Positions 12,941 to 26,079 of a stretch of 64,000 nt of DNA are shown piece after piece. How positions within the stretch are numbered: position 1 is the stretch's first letter; each line of letters begins with the position of its first letter. Location of the stretch: NCBI GenBank assembly GCA_965153285.1, contig OZ229111.1; one strand, written 5' to 3'. This DNA comes from Podarcis tiliguerta. Its lineage: Eukaryota. The notes beneath the pieces are model-generated. The model ran no database searches and had not been told where the DNA came from. It worked only from the letters and a program-made list of their open reading frames with translations. The position numbers and the translations under genes were made by a program.

Positions 12941-13765
12941 TAGCATTCCAATTCTTTATTTGCAGCCAACCAACTTTATTGCCAAGTCAACCTTCTCCTG
13001 TTTAGGTAGGTGCTAAATAGGTGCGCTCAACATCACAACCTGAGGCTTCCATGGTTTCCCCATAGATTAGCCGGAGAAAGAGATTATAAATGCAATTAAA
13101 AAGAGGAAGGCAGAGGAAGAAAGAAAACAAAGTAAGAATTGTTACATACCTGATGGGACACCCTTCCTGCCTCAGTGCTGTTGAATACAACTTTATGTAA
13201 TCAAAGACACTGATTTTTCCCACAGAGGCCTGCTGGTTGCATCGCAATATCCTTTTCCTTAGATGGTTTCCATAGTCAACAACTATTCTGGCATCAGGGA
13301 GACTCAGGGTGTGGAGATGGATAATTCTATTGTTAGACTTCCGAATACTCTCATTTAGGAAATCATATTATTATTATTTTAAATTAAAAAATGAAGTGTG
13401 AGAACTCCCAGAGAGAGGAAGAGACATAAAATCTCCCTTGCTTCCTTCAGCTGCCTCTGAAGAACATTGTCGACCAAACGATGCAAAGCGATAAATACCT
13501 TCGGAGGTGTCCCGTTTGTTGACACAAACAACAAGGCCAAACGGGGGGCCCTCCTTCTCATTGTGACTTTAGAATGAAAGGCTGCCGCCTCTTTTAACTT
13601 GGAAATGAACTTGGACTTCCGACCAGACAGGGCACTAAGCTGGAGGAGATATTTTTATTTGTCTGCCTCTGAATCATTTCCTAACGGGTAAAGTGCTCTA
13701 TTAAAAAGAGTGTAAAATCATCACGGAGAAGTCATCGGAACTAAGAATATATAAAGGGCGCGCGA

Positions 13766-13796
<31 letters not shown>

Positions 13797-14252
13797 CACA
13801 CACTTTCTGGAACAAGTCCCCCATTTTCCCATAGCCTTTTGTCCTTAAGACCGATGCTTATAGGGAGAGAAGGAGACAGAGTATGCGTGTGTGAGTAGAG
13901 GGGGTGTATTGGTGTGGGGGTGAAAGATGCGAATACTCCTTTAGGAGGAAAGGGGGGGGGGCACGCTCTAATGAAGGGGATAGTTGACCTCCTGTATTCC
14001 ATGCTGTGACTGCTTCCATTCAGTCGCTGCAAAGAACTACATAGCGCTGCCAGCTGGAAGGAACGTCACATTAGGTTATGATGTGTCAGAGCCTACGACG
14101 AAAGAGGTATTTATTTGTTTGTTTGTTTATCCCTAGCATTCAGAAGCAAGACCATCTTCACTTTCACCCTGGAGGAAAGGAGTGGAATGAGAATGGAAAG
14201 GGGAAAAGTTTGAGGGCCTCCCTAAAGAGATAGAGGAAATAAAGGAAGAGAA

Positions 14253-14303
14253 GAAGGAAGGAAGGAAGGAAGGAAGGAAGGAAGGAAGGAAGGAAGGAAG
14301 GAA
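14253..14303 (+). repeat. (GGAA)n microsatellite
   Basis: Direct observation. Confidence 0.95.
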
Positions 14304-16180
14304 CTACCCTACAGAAAATAAGGCGAGGAAAAATAGAGGGTATTTTATGCTTTTTTTTAAAAAGAAAAGAAACGCGCCGTTTCTTGAGGGATGGGATGGG
14401 GAAAAAGACGGCCAAGGGAGATTGAACCGCCTCTATTGCGAAAATTCTAAGGGGGTGGGATAGAGAAAGGATGACAAGGAACAAAGGAAGACAAGGGAGG
14501 GGTCCTATTAGTATCATCATAATCACCATCACCACCATCATCAGATAAATAAATGCACTGGTTTCAGCACCCACGAACACGTGTTTTATTGTAATAATAA
14601 TTAGAGCTCTTCTCATTGCAGCGCCAGGCAAAACAATGAACAAGTGAGCCAGGAGGCTGGGCCCCTGTGAAATTCTAGACTTCTGCAGGCCTCCAGGACG
14701 TGACATGTTACTAGGAGGGCAGAAATTCACTCCGAGGAATGGCTAAAAACATGGACTATCCCAACCCATTTCTCGAGGCAATTCCACTCGGTGACGATTC
14801 CTTGGGCCCCAACCCGTGGAGGAAGGAGCAGAGGAACGGCGACTGGATTTTCTGGAGAACCGTCTCTGCCTATGATGTCAACGTTCTCTTTGAAGCCGAT
14901 GTACTCCGAGGACATCTTAGAAATGTGCTTAGAAGTGAATTGCTGGAATTCATGATGGTCAATAGGGGAAAAATAAGTGGGGGAAATAGGATGGTGGATG
15001 CTTCGCCTATTGTCTCCCATAGCTTTGCGTATGAACACACACACTGACCTGCCATTTTTCACTCACAACCCTGCGTGCAGTCAGTCCGTTGCGAGGGGGG
15101 ATTTACAAACTTTCAGAGTCTTCTGCTACACCTTGGAGAGAATCCAAAAAACCCTGGGACAATTATATTCATTCAGTTCTGCCGTGAAGGAACCATGACC
15201 ATTAATTTTCTCCAAAATGGAGCGGAGAAGTTTGCAAAGCTTTAGCTTTGTACTGAACATGTTTGAACAAAAACAGAAGACGAGTCTTTGAAAAACTAAA
15301 GAAAACACATATTTATACACACACAAAGCAAGAAAAGGGGGGGATGTAGAAGAAAGAACGTACAGTACTTGAATAAAGTGAGACGGAGAGTTACAATTTC
15401 TTGGCTAAATTTGCATTCCAGGGGGGAGTTATATGCAGTTAATGCTAAAATATCCCCGTACGGGGCATTTTGTTTTCCCTTGATGGCTCAAAATCTATGT
15501 TCCTTGCCCAGCATGTTGATGGAATGAGAGAATTCCCTTCCAACCCTATATTTATTATAGGGGCTTTCGTGGCGAGTGACGGGCAGACCCAACAGATTTC
15601 CTTGTTGATGGAAGGGCTAGAAATGCTAATATAAAGATTACTGTGGGAATCTGTCATGGGGATTCTGCAGCGGTGTGGGGAGCAACTGGTCCGAAAAGCC
15701 AAAATTACAGACTATTTATGGACAAAGAAAATTCAGTGGTGGAACCACCAGTGGGCTGAAATGCGAGGAAGAATAAAGAGATGCCACAAAAGCCACCAGT
15801 GGCAGGAAAATGGAAATGATACCTATGGTTTGTGTGTGTTTAAAAATGTTTCCTTTGAAATAACAACACATACTACAAATAAATCATTACACCAGATGGG
15901 TATGTTGAGGAAGTTATAAATATATCTGGGAACCCAAGGAGCTACTTTTGGATTGCTGGTCTTCTAGTGTGCTTATGAAATGTTAACTTCCACAGCTTCC
16001 TATTGACTTTGTTGGCTGTGTGAACCCCTTTAACTATCCCTGTGTATTCCGGGGGTGCTATCCCCCCCCGCACTGTTTGTATGCCCTAATTCGCATGAAA
16101 ATATACTTACATGTCCCCACTGTAGTGAATTAAGATCTACACTTTTTTAAAAAAAGTTTTTACCCACAGGTCATACATTA

Positions 16181-16359
16181 GGGATGCAATCTTATGCCCA
16201 CTTACCTGGGAGTAGGTACCACTGAACCTAGTGGGGCTTACTTCTGAGTAGTCCTGCTTAGAATTGCACTGTAATACTGCAGTCCTATACTTGCGGAAGG
16301 AGCAAACCTTGCCGACTTCAATAGGACTTACTTCTGATCAGAATGTATAGAATTGTGCT
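16181..16359. repeat. Two adjacent family A MITE-like copies
   Basis: Copies at 16181-16271 and 16277-16359, each tgcaRtcYtat...cttacttctga...agaattg and bounded by TA. Confidence 0.7.
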
Positions 16360-19300
16360 AAGATTCTGTTTATAAACAGTATATATTTTAGTGGAAACAT
16401 GTTTATTTCTAATTTTTGTAGGGGTGAGAAGATATATGAATTTGCATCACCGGGTTCTAGCACTTTACAAATGGAAGGTATTGGATTCATGTCTTAATCA
16501 GGTCAGGCTAGTTTCTGGACTTTTGACAGAAATGTCATACAGCATGGAAAAAATCCGCCCAGGTGACAAACGTTCTCTAACAATAATGTACTGGGGGAAA
16601 TAAACTTACCGCTCTCATAGACTTTCTGTCTCCTACAATAGATAATACCTAAGTTCCAAGGAACGATCTGTATAATATTGACAATTGTTCCCAAACAATT
16701 GATGGGCTTTGATTTAATTATTTTAAAAATACACCCCTCATTTCCTAAATCAGATCATATACTTTGCAATCAAACTAATAAAGAATTTGGCATTTGCTTC
16801 CTCCTCCTGGTTTCCAATTTGAAATTTATGTTATTGTTCTTATGAAACTTGTTTTCGGCTGAACAGGTTTTTTTCACACATAAAGAGTCGGATCCCAGGC
16901 ATATAGATGGGTCTTACTAGCATGTGGGACGATTTTATACATCGTTACCTGGGAGTAAGCTTTATTGATCCGAGTGAGACTTACTTCATAGTATATGTCG
17001 ACTTCCATACCGAAAATTCTTCAGTGTTCTCACTTATATTTTTATCGCATTGTTCTCATAGACTGTTCTGATTATGAAACACTATGTCAATATGTCTACA
17101 ACATGCACGGGGGAGGCGGTTGGGATATGTACCCCTTATCGGCAATAACAACAGATACCTGATTCTAATATAGTCCAGGAAAATTTCTTTCTTTCTTTCT
17201 TTCTTTGCATTGGGGCCCTTTTCATATACTGCATCACGGCAAATGTAGTAAACAGATCTGCTCGGTGTTCTTCCCCCGAAGATAGAAGCCTCCTTATGCA
17301 TTTTTAAGTTAATTAACCCACTAGAATTGACTCCTGCTATCAATCCACAGCTCCGTATCTTAGCAAGATCAGCCCGTTTAAATGAGATACCGCTAAGCAA
17401 TTTATGAAATGAAAAGCAGCTCAAGACAAGGCAGATAAATGAAGGGGACGCCAGGCCGTGGGATAAACCTGCTGTTTAAGAAATGCAAACCCACCCCCCA
17501 CTTCCTTTAAAACACACACACACACACACACATTGCATTTCTTACAAAAGGCTGGATGGATTCATTCCTCCGGCCTTATTTATATTACAATTTCCACCAA
17601 AGTTTAAAGCCAGTGTTAATTTCCCGGAGCATGAAATGTGCAAATTTTCCTCGAGTTTTCGTCTTTGCGGTTTCTCCCCTTTTCCCTGTCGCAAATGTGC
17701 CACAATAAACGGAATTGTAAAAACCCCAATTTTAATTAAACCTATATGTCATTGAAATAGGAATTGTAAATGGCCTTGCATTCATTCAATAAATAAATAA
17801 ATAAATACCGGACATCTTTTGCTTATTTACTACTACTACTATTCTCCTCCTTACTCAGGAAGCACACCTAAATAAATAAATAAATAAATAAGCAAGCAAG
17901 CAAGCATCCTAGAAATGAGGTATTTGTTCTGCACGAATTCAAAACCAAGCACAACCCAGTAGTGTCCCTTATTATGGTTACCATCAATCTGTCCATTTCC
18001 AGATTGTGTCTCCTCTGCCCTAAGGCAACCTCGGAACGTTCACTCTCCTCCGGCAGGAAGAGTCTTCCTCGCTGCTGCAAGCACAGAACTGGGTCCTTTG
18101 TTACCGGAGCCACTCTCTCACCCCACCGCCATCACCCACATTAGAAGTCCAGCTTTTCATGCATGTATCCCCACCCTTTCTGGGCTGATATTGTCAATTG
18201 CCCATATACCCCATATATATATATATATACAACTATATTTTAATGAGGTATATCTTCTGAAGAACCGGTCACTGGGATGTGAACCACTCTAGACACCAAC
18301 TCTTGCAACCAACTCCAGGAACCTGAAGCGTCTTGCTTGTCGCTGCTTTAAAATGTGATTTCATCCAGGGTTCCCTAACCTTATTTTGCCTCCAACTATT
18401 TAAAGTGACCCCCTTCTCTCCCAACTCCCCGTTTCTAGCAATGGCCGTTCCTTTGGATTTGAGGGCTTCCCAGCCACATAGGCACTATATGTGAAGTTCA
18501 TTCTTTTCTGTCTAGACACTAATTGCGAGCCAGTTTGTCTCTTTTGCCTTGACCTTGGACTTCGGACTGATTTGGTTGCTGTGGCCGAAGGACTTCGGGC
18601 GACGGTTGCTTCAAAAGCATGGAGTCCATTTGAGAAGGCAGAACGTTTCCAGGAGAAAACCAAACGTTTGCTAAAGACTTCATTTCTGAAAGCCATTTTC
18701 TAGACAGGGTTCTTTGTTGGGGGTTTTGGCGGAATTGTCTTAGTTTCCACTTGGACCATGGCAGTTTGAGGACGGGAAGATCTAAGGAATTTGGAGGCAG
18801 CAAATGCTGCTGCAAAGAGAGACATTGCGATTTGAGGATTTTAAAAAAATATATGTATTTATTTGGGGGAAATTCATACTGAGAACTCCAAACGTGATAG
18901 GCATGTTCCCAAACAATGGGCAAATGATGATGATTATTTTAACTGGTGAATTAATGTTTATTTAACACATACATTATACTACATGCATTTGGTACTCTCT
19001 TTCCAACAAAACATAGAGCAAGTGGACTTTCACCTGCCTTTATAATCACATATAGAGTTGTTTGTATTGACGTTCTCAACTGAAAAGAACAGCTTAGGGT
19101 ATGCAGAGTTCGGTGAGAGTTCCATAAGATTTTTTGCTTCCTTTGATCACTACTGAGGCTTGGGCTGCAATGGGATTTCATTGACTTCACTTGAACTGAA
19201 GCTTACCGACCATTCTTTGAAAGTACATATTATTGAACTCGGTAAGACTTTCTTCCCCGCGTAAGCACGCACAGCACTGGCTTGTAAGCTGTGTGCGGGA

Positions 19301-20994
19301 CGGAAGTCTGAACTATGAATTCTTTGCTCCAGCTTCATTAGCACACTATCATCCTCATATCTGGATGCACTGATTTGTCAAACTTATATTTTGTAATGTG
19401 GGGGTAGGGAGGGAAGTGGAAGGAGCCTGTTCTCCTGATGTTCTTCAGTTAAATTTCACATTATTTCAAAAGCATCGATCAGAATCTAATCAGGAACGGC
19501 CAGTGAGAGGATTCTGAAGGTTGGGGAGACATGAGTCCCCGAGAAATTTGTGTGTGTGTGTGTGTGTATCGCAGCCATCAATCTCTGGCAGAGTAGCCTG
19601 CGATTCTATTTCATCTGTTTAATTATAACCCATCCATCTCCGATCCTGTTTACGTTGTATGATGTGAGTTGCATTTATTTTCTTTCACACACGCACACAA
19701 ATCAACACTGAGAACATTATATATATATATCTCACACACACTTTCAATAGTAGGCATTGTTGCTGCGATATTTACTACTCAAGTATTAAAAATTAATAAC
19801 ATAATATCATAATCACAACCAGTCCCTTTAAAACATCCCCAGTTGGTTGAGCACGAAAGATTAAGCATTATTGGGTTGGACTCATACAAGGAACAGACCC
19901 CATAAAACGTCGAAACGTTTTGGAGGCATCTATTATATTCTTGCGAGGTGACGGACGGTTTTCTTTCTTTCTCTTTTATGCCCCAAAAGCAGCAGAATAC
20001 TGATCATCAGCAAAAAAGAAATAGAGAAATACCCCTCCAAGAACAAAGGAGGAGTTAAAGATGTCATATATGTCCCTTCTGTGGGAAATTGTATTTTTAA
20101 TAATTAGAATAAAAGCTAAAGCGATTATAATGAGCAGGTATGCGTTGATCTTTTGTTAAGCAAACAAGGGGTTAAAAATTCACATACCTTCTTCTGTGAA
20201 AAATAAGATTCTGTACTTTGGAAGAAAAACATACACACAATTCTATTGAGCAAATGTATCCGCCGATTTTTATTTATTTATTTATTTATTTAGCAAACAG
20301 ATATTAATCTCCCCATTCACTCTTGAGACTGAAACAGACTGAGAGAAAATCAATTTCCTGGGCGATAAATGTCCAGATTCCTTACTTCCCGTAAGATCCA
20401 ATACTTGATTCCCAGAAAGAGAAGATGCAGGGAGGGGGAGGGCGGAGAAGAAAGCCAGACAGACAGCAAGCGAATTTTAAGAATAAAAAAAAAAGAAGCG
20501 CCCCCAGCCCCCCACAGCTCCAGCTCACTTGCTCTAGTCCGTCATTTGGTCTTCTAGAATTTGAGCTTCTCTCATTTTTGGTGCGCCTCTTCAGATAGTC
20601 ACTATTTTTTCTTTATCAGATAAACTGGCTGCTACCTGCCACCTCGCTTTATATCATATCCCTTGGTATTACAATTTCTAGGTTTTCCTCACCTTTCAGC
20701 CTCCCAGTTACCCTTCCCCTCTGCGGTTCATTGACCAGGCTCCTGGTCAATGCTATATAGCGATAGGGCATTTTAAATATACATATAATTGCTTTTCTGA
20801 AGTATATTATTCCTATCATTGGTTTGATATTTAATCCTGAGGATATCTGAAGGCACAAAGCATGGCATATCCCAATCTCTTTGTGTCGGCCAAATTTTAA
20901 ACACCCACATTCCCCTTATTTATTTCCCCACGCTCTTTACAATCAATGGGTGTCTCCCTTTGCCTTTAAGGATTTCTGTTTCTGTCGCGGAGAG

Positions 20995-21135
20995 ATAGCC
21001 AATGGGAGCTCGCCGCTCTCTTCCCCAAGCCAAGAGGAACAATGTGATAGGGCTGCCGGAGGGTCACATGGCCGAGCTAACTGCAGCGAGAGCTATTTAC
21101 AGGTCACGTGGACCGGCGGATTTCTTAATGAACCG
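20995..21135 (+). promoter_or_regulatory. HOXC13 proximal promoter
   Basis: CCAAT box at 20999 and two USF-type E-boxes (GTCACATGG 21063, GTCACGTGG 21103), all within 250 bp upstream of the ATG. Confidence 0.65.
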
Positions 21136-21243
21136 AACCCATCCCGCTGCCTCTGCGCATGCTCCTGCGTAAACAATATGTTGGGGAAATTAGGTGTCTC
21201 TCTTTGGGAAGTCGAGTTTTAAAAAGCTCGGGCAGACCATGAT

Positions 21244-21907
21244 ATGACGACTTCACTGATCTTGCATCCACGCTGGGCGGATACCTTCATGTACGTGTAT
21301 GAGGAGAACCCGAATGAAAATAACCAGAATAAAATCCCAGCAATGGAAGGGCTAAGTGGGAACTGCCCAGCTACCCACTGCAGGGATTTAATCAGTCACC
21401 CGGTATTGGGTCGTCATTCCAGCACCATTGGGACTCACCAGGGTTCTGTCTACACGGATATACCTGCTCCAGATGCCGCCAGGCAGTGCCCCGCGCCACC
21501 AGCCTCCTCCAACGCCACCTTGGGCTATGGCTATCCTTTTGGAGGCAGCTACTACGGATGCCGATTGTCCCATTCCCACAACGTGAACTTACAACAGAAG
21601 CCTTGTTCGTACCACCCAGCTGAAAAATACCCCGAGCCCAGCGGCTCCCTCCCCAGCGAAGAACTATCCTCAAGGGCCAAAGAGTTTGCTTTTTACCCGA
21701 GCTTTGCCAGCTCCTACCAGGCGGTTCCTGGTTATTTGGACGTATCAGTGGTTCCAGGTATCAGTGGCCACCCAGAACCAAGACACGACGCGCTGCTTCC
21801 CATGGAAGGATACCAACACTGGGCTCTTTCTAATGGTTGGGACGGGCAGGTCTATTGCTCGAAGGAGCAATCACAGTCTACCCATCTCTGGAAATCACCT
21901 TTCCCAG
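21244..21907 (+). CDS. HOXC13: Homeobox C13, coding exon 1
   Basis: MTTSLILHPRW...YGYPFGGSYYGCRLSH..NVNLQQKPC...SRAKEFAFYPSF...WKSPFP. Phase-1 donor CCAG|gtaggg. Confidence 0.97.
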
Positions 21908-24643
21908 GTAGGGTGCTCTTGAGATCGACTTCTGCGCTTTTTTGCTCCGGCAGCATGATCGCGTGCATATGCTATATCTTTAACCGCCCAGGTAAAATAG
22001 GCTTTGGGACGCTTGCATGGGCACGTATGGGGAAGAAGGTGAAACAAAGCAGCCGGTTCTCATATTCAGATACGTACCTTGGAGCTCCAGGGTGCTTTCG
22101 CAGCCAGTTTGGCAGCTGCACTCCTGTGTCTGTCTGTGTATGTGCGTGTGTGCCCCTCCTTCCCTCGCTGCGTTGGCTCCCTTACCTGGATCTCTATCTT
22201 TTTCTTTGATTCCCCCCCCCCGCCCCGCACGCTTTGAATATTTTAAATTAAATTTCAGAACATAGGAAGAGGTGGCATCTCTCCCCCTCTCTCCCCCTCT
22301 CTTTCTCTTTACTCAGAAAGGCTGGGCTTTTCGTAAAGGTACAGTAAATCATATTGCAATTACAGAAGTAGCTGTCAAGTGACATGAATCTTACAAAATG
22401 AACCTTGTAAGACGAGTGGGGAGAGAACGAGAAATAAGGCGCTGCTTTTGCCTCTGGTTAGAAATCTGGAATGAGTGACAGCCTGCGAGTAACCCTGAAA
22501 GCTGGGAGTGCTCCGGGCTTATCTTACTGCCTTACCACTTAGAACAGGGAGGGAGGGAGCGAGAGGGAGAGGGAGAGGGAGAAAGATGAAAGACCAACGG
22601 ACGTCTCCTTTGCTCTTGGGGTCCCCACCTTGTAATCAATAAGCAGGCCCCTCTTAATGATTCGAATGGATGGATTGGAGCGAAGAGATTAAGATAAAGT
22701 AACCGGGGAAATAAATAAGGGGGTGGGGTTAGGAGGAGAACACACACATACATTTATCTTAGGAATACTGGAGAGGGGATACCCCATCGGATAAGACAGG
22801 GCTTGCCAACAATGCCTGCGCAGAGCGTTGCATGATGGGTTTTCCCTTTCCATGGGAAGAGGAATCAGAGTGTAGCGAGTGTGGGAGAGAAGGCCTATCT
22901 AGATCTTAACTGTGTTGCAGCCACATATTGGTGTCAGAGCTTGGAAGGGTCGATGGCTAGGGGAAAGTCCCCCACCCCGCGCTAGTTTTTTAAAAAAGAA
23001 GGCATTGAGACTTCTTTGCGGAAGCTGAAGGGAGGGTTCGGCGAGTGGGGGAGAGAGGTCCATAGGATTCCTAGCATGAGATGACTTCCCCCATCTTCAT
23101 TGCTTTCACCCGCCTGGTTAAAATGTAGTTGAGGTTGGAGGGACCTGCTCCGTGCGTTACTATTGCTCGGGAGGAAGGTGGAAGACGTTGTAAATGAACT
23201 TCTCTTCTCTTCCCACCCCCACCCCCAACCCGCCCCATTACCTTATTTATTCTGATCCCATTTTTGTATAGCTCTGATAATATTATTAAGTCCCCATACA
23301 CCAGTTCCCAAACATTGAGAGGTGTGTGAGAGACAGCGCGCTCGCAGTAGTGTGAACCACAATTTTGTCTTGCTTTCCTATCCTTGGGCCTTGATAGGAT
23401 TCCCAGTAAATGTTGCTTATGTAGACACTTCTTAGCAACAAAGGAAGAGCAATCGCACGGAGAAGTGTCTTCAAAAGCAGTTCAGGCTGTTTCTTTATTT
23501 TATATCTGTTATGGAACAGACCGGCTGGAGAGATTTTCGCTTTGCTTCGATAGAGATCCCCTCTTTTTTCAGTGTTTATATTATTATTCGGCAAAGCGCC
23601 CTTATTTCGTATGGAGTCTTAAGCCTGCACCTTTAGATCAAGAAGCCATGGGAAGGGAGGGACTTGATGCGCAAGTGATTACAGTTAATCATGAAGAATT
23701 GGCATAGACAGCCTTAGCATAAGGGGCTATTAAGGAGAAGACTGAATGCATTAGGGGTGATGAGAATTCATTGATTCCCCAGCCGGTTCTGGACCAGGAG
23801 TAGGTAGGTAACATTTCTCAACAGCGTGAGTACCGTCAAAAAAGCCGCTGGGCCCTTTTATTTTATTTAATGCCTCTACCATAAGCGACAAAGGATGTGG
23901 AAAGGCTAGTTCAAGGTCCCTCAAGCTTGCAGATGCTCCTTGTGTTGCATAGATCAATCAGTGCGGAGCGTCTCTAGAACAACACAGACGCGCACACTCA
24001 CACACACACACGGCTGCTTCCCCTCACCAAGTCCCCTACCCGGATCCTACGAGCTAGCATAATTAATGAGGTCGCCTAGGCTATCAGAGGATCTGTCTTT
24101 TAAAACGACAGATTAAAATTGACCGGATGCTTAGAAGGGGAGTGAAGAGCTGAAGGTTAGATTCTGTCTCCAATTTTTACTAATTTTGGAGCTAACGTTA
24201 AGGGTGCTGTGCTTGCGAAATGCCTGGTCCGTGACTTGGTGCTCTTTCTTTATATCTGTCCTGGACAAATATCGCCTGGAATAGTAGCAGTCCCCCCCCC
24301 CCGCCCAATGCTAATATATTAATACTTTGCTCAGCCAGCCAGCCAGCCAGCCAGCCCATCCGAGTCCCAGCACCTCCCGCTCTTTCTTTCCCTCGGTCTT
24401 TCCTCTTCGCATTTCCCCCTCTTCCTCTAATTTATATCCTTTTCCCCACACGCATACAAACTCCTTTTCCTTATTTCTCTCTCTGTTCTCTCCATAATGT
24501 CTAGCACAGACATTGTCCAGTTAGTTTACCAGATGCTGTTTAATGTAACATACACCCTCTCTCTCTTTCTCTTTCTTTCTCTCTCCTTCCACGTTCTCTC
24601 TCTCCTGCTTTCCCCCCCTTTCCTGTTCTCCTCATCTTTACAG

Positions 24644-24900
24644 ATGTGGTACCTCTCCAGCCCGAAGTGAGCAGCTACCGTAGGGGTCGAAAGAAAAGAG
24701 TCCCCTACACGAAAATCCAGCTGAAAGAATTAGAAAAGGAATACGCCGCCAGCAAGTTCATTACCAAAGAGAAGCGAAGAAGGATTTCGGCGACCACTAA
24801 TCTTTCCGAGCGCCAGGTCACGATCTGGTTTCAGAATCGCAGGGTGAAAGAGAAAAAAGTCGTTAGCAAATCTAAGACACCTCACCTTCACGCTACCTGA
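24644..24900 (+). CDS. HOXC13: Homeobox C13, coding exon 2 (homeodomain)
   Basis: Long polypyrimidine tract then tttacag|AT. Splicing restores [27 protein letters not shown]...[11 protein letters not shown]. Total CDS 921 nt = 306 aa. Confidence 0.98.
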
Positions 24901-26073
24901 CAAAGAAATCTCTCCGGAGGGGGAAAAAGATAAAATTAAAAAAGAAAGGGGGAGAGAAACAAACAAACAAATACAAATATTTATCTGGTAAATTTGTATA
25001 AATAAGAACACGCATTCGAACTCTTTGAATAATCTGATTATTTAAAAACACCAAGGCGGAGGGGGCGGGCATTAAACCGCCATCTTCGGTTTATTTTGTC
25101 CCTGCATTGCCGTCTCGAACTGTGAATCCGGTCGCCCTTTTTAAACATGCATTTTGATATGGTTTTCAATGTGCACATTTAGCAAGGAGGGGGGTGGAGA
25201 AAGAGGGGAGGGGAGAACTCACACATACAAATATGTAGATTTGCTACGTTGGAATCCTGAATGTTATTTTGTAGCTCTGTATCATAGTCCAAACCTCTCC
25301 CCTGGCAGCTGAACAAAGATTTTCCATTTCTTTGGCTGTTTCTGTCTCTGATGGTGTAAAAATAATAATAATTATAATTAAATAGATAAATATATATATA
25401 TATAGAAATAGATATATATATATCTGTGAAGAAGGTATTGACAGCGGATCCAGCGAAGAAATCCTAGATTTCTTTTGTTTGTTTGTTTTTAAACGTGGAC
25501 CTTAAAAAAAATGAATGAAAAATAATAATAAGGCTGCTACCCTGAATGTTTTGTTGTTGCTGTGTTCCTGATATTAGACCGTATTGCACGCAACAATTTG
25601 AAGTCACTTCTGAATTTGAAGTGGCACCGTGGCTGTGTAATTCCTAGGACACGATCCAGCCGAATATAGCCACTTCCAGATCGGCTTGATTTTCATAGCG
25701 GGCGCAAGGAATCAAGTTTGGGTATAAATTCCAAGTCTTAATGCTGGAGGATCGTGTCTCTAATTATTATTATTATTACCTTTAATTTTCTGGAATATGT
25801 TCTCACTGAGGTTGAGTTGTTGTTGTTGTTTGTTTGTTTGTTTGTTTCCGCCAAAAAACCTGGAATGTTTGTTCTCCATCGACAGTATGGAAAGTGCGCG
25901 ACGTTGCTCTGTTGTTGTCCCCCCTCACCCCATTATCAGTCACTAAAGAGCAGTCAGTGTTTTTATTCTCCATGTTAAAGCGATCCATTTTTTTAAAGAA
26001 AAAAAATGTCTTGTATATGTATATAATGTGGTGTCCGAATGATATGTACTGAATGCAGAATACATTTCTTAAA

Positions 26074-26079
26074 AATAAA
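26074..26079 (+). terminator. Probable HOXC13 polyadenylation signal
   Basis: AATAAA ~1.17 kb after the stop, preceded by several TGTA elements and followed by a pyrimidine/U-rich tract. Confidence 0.6.

Noticed and set aside
14164-14730. 188-aa hydrophobic ORF
   Set aside because: Produced by (TTCC)n and other low-complexity sequence.
1-21243. Possible Hox14 or Evx remnant 5' of HOXC13
   Set aside because: No homeobox-like translation in the ORF track or by eye; a heavily decayed relic cannot be excluded.
21908-22209. ORF extension of HOXC13 exon 1 to 321 aa
   Set aside because: Read-through into the intron; homology stops at the canonical donor at 21908.
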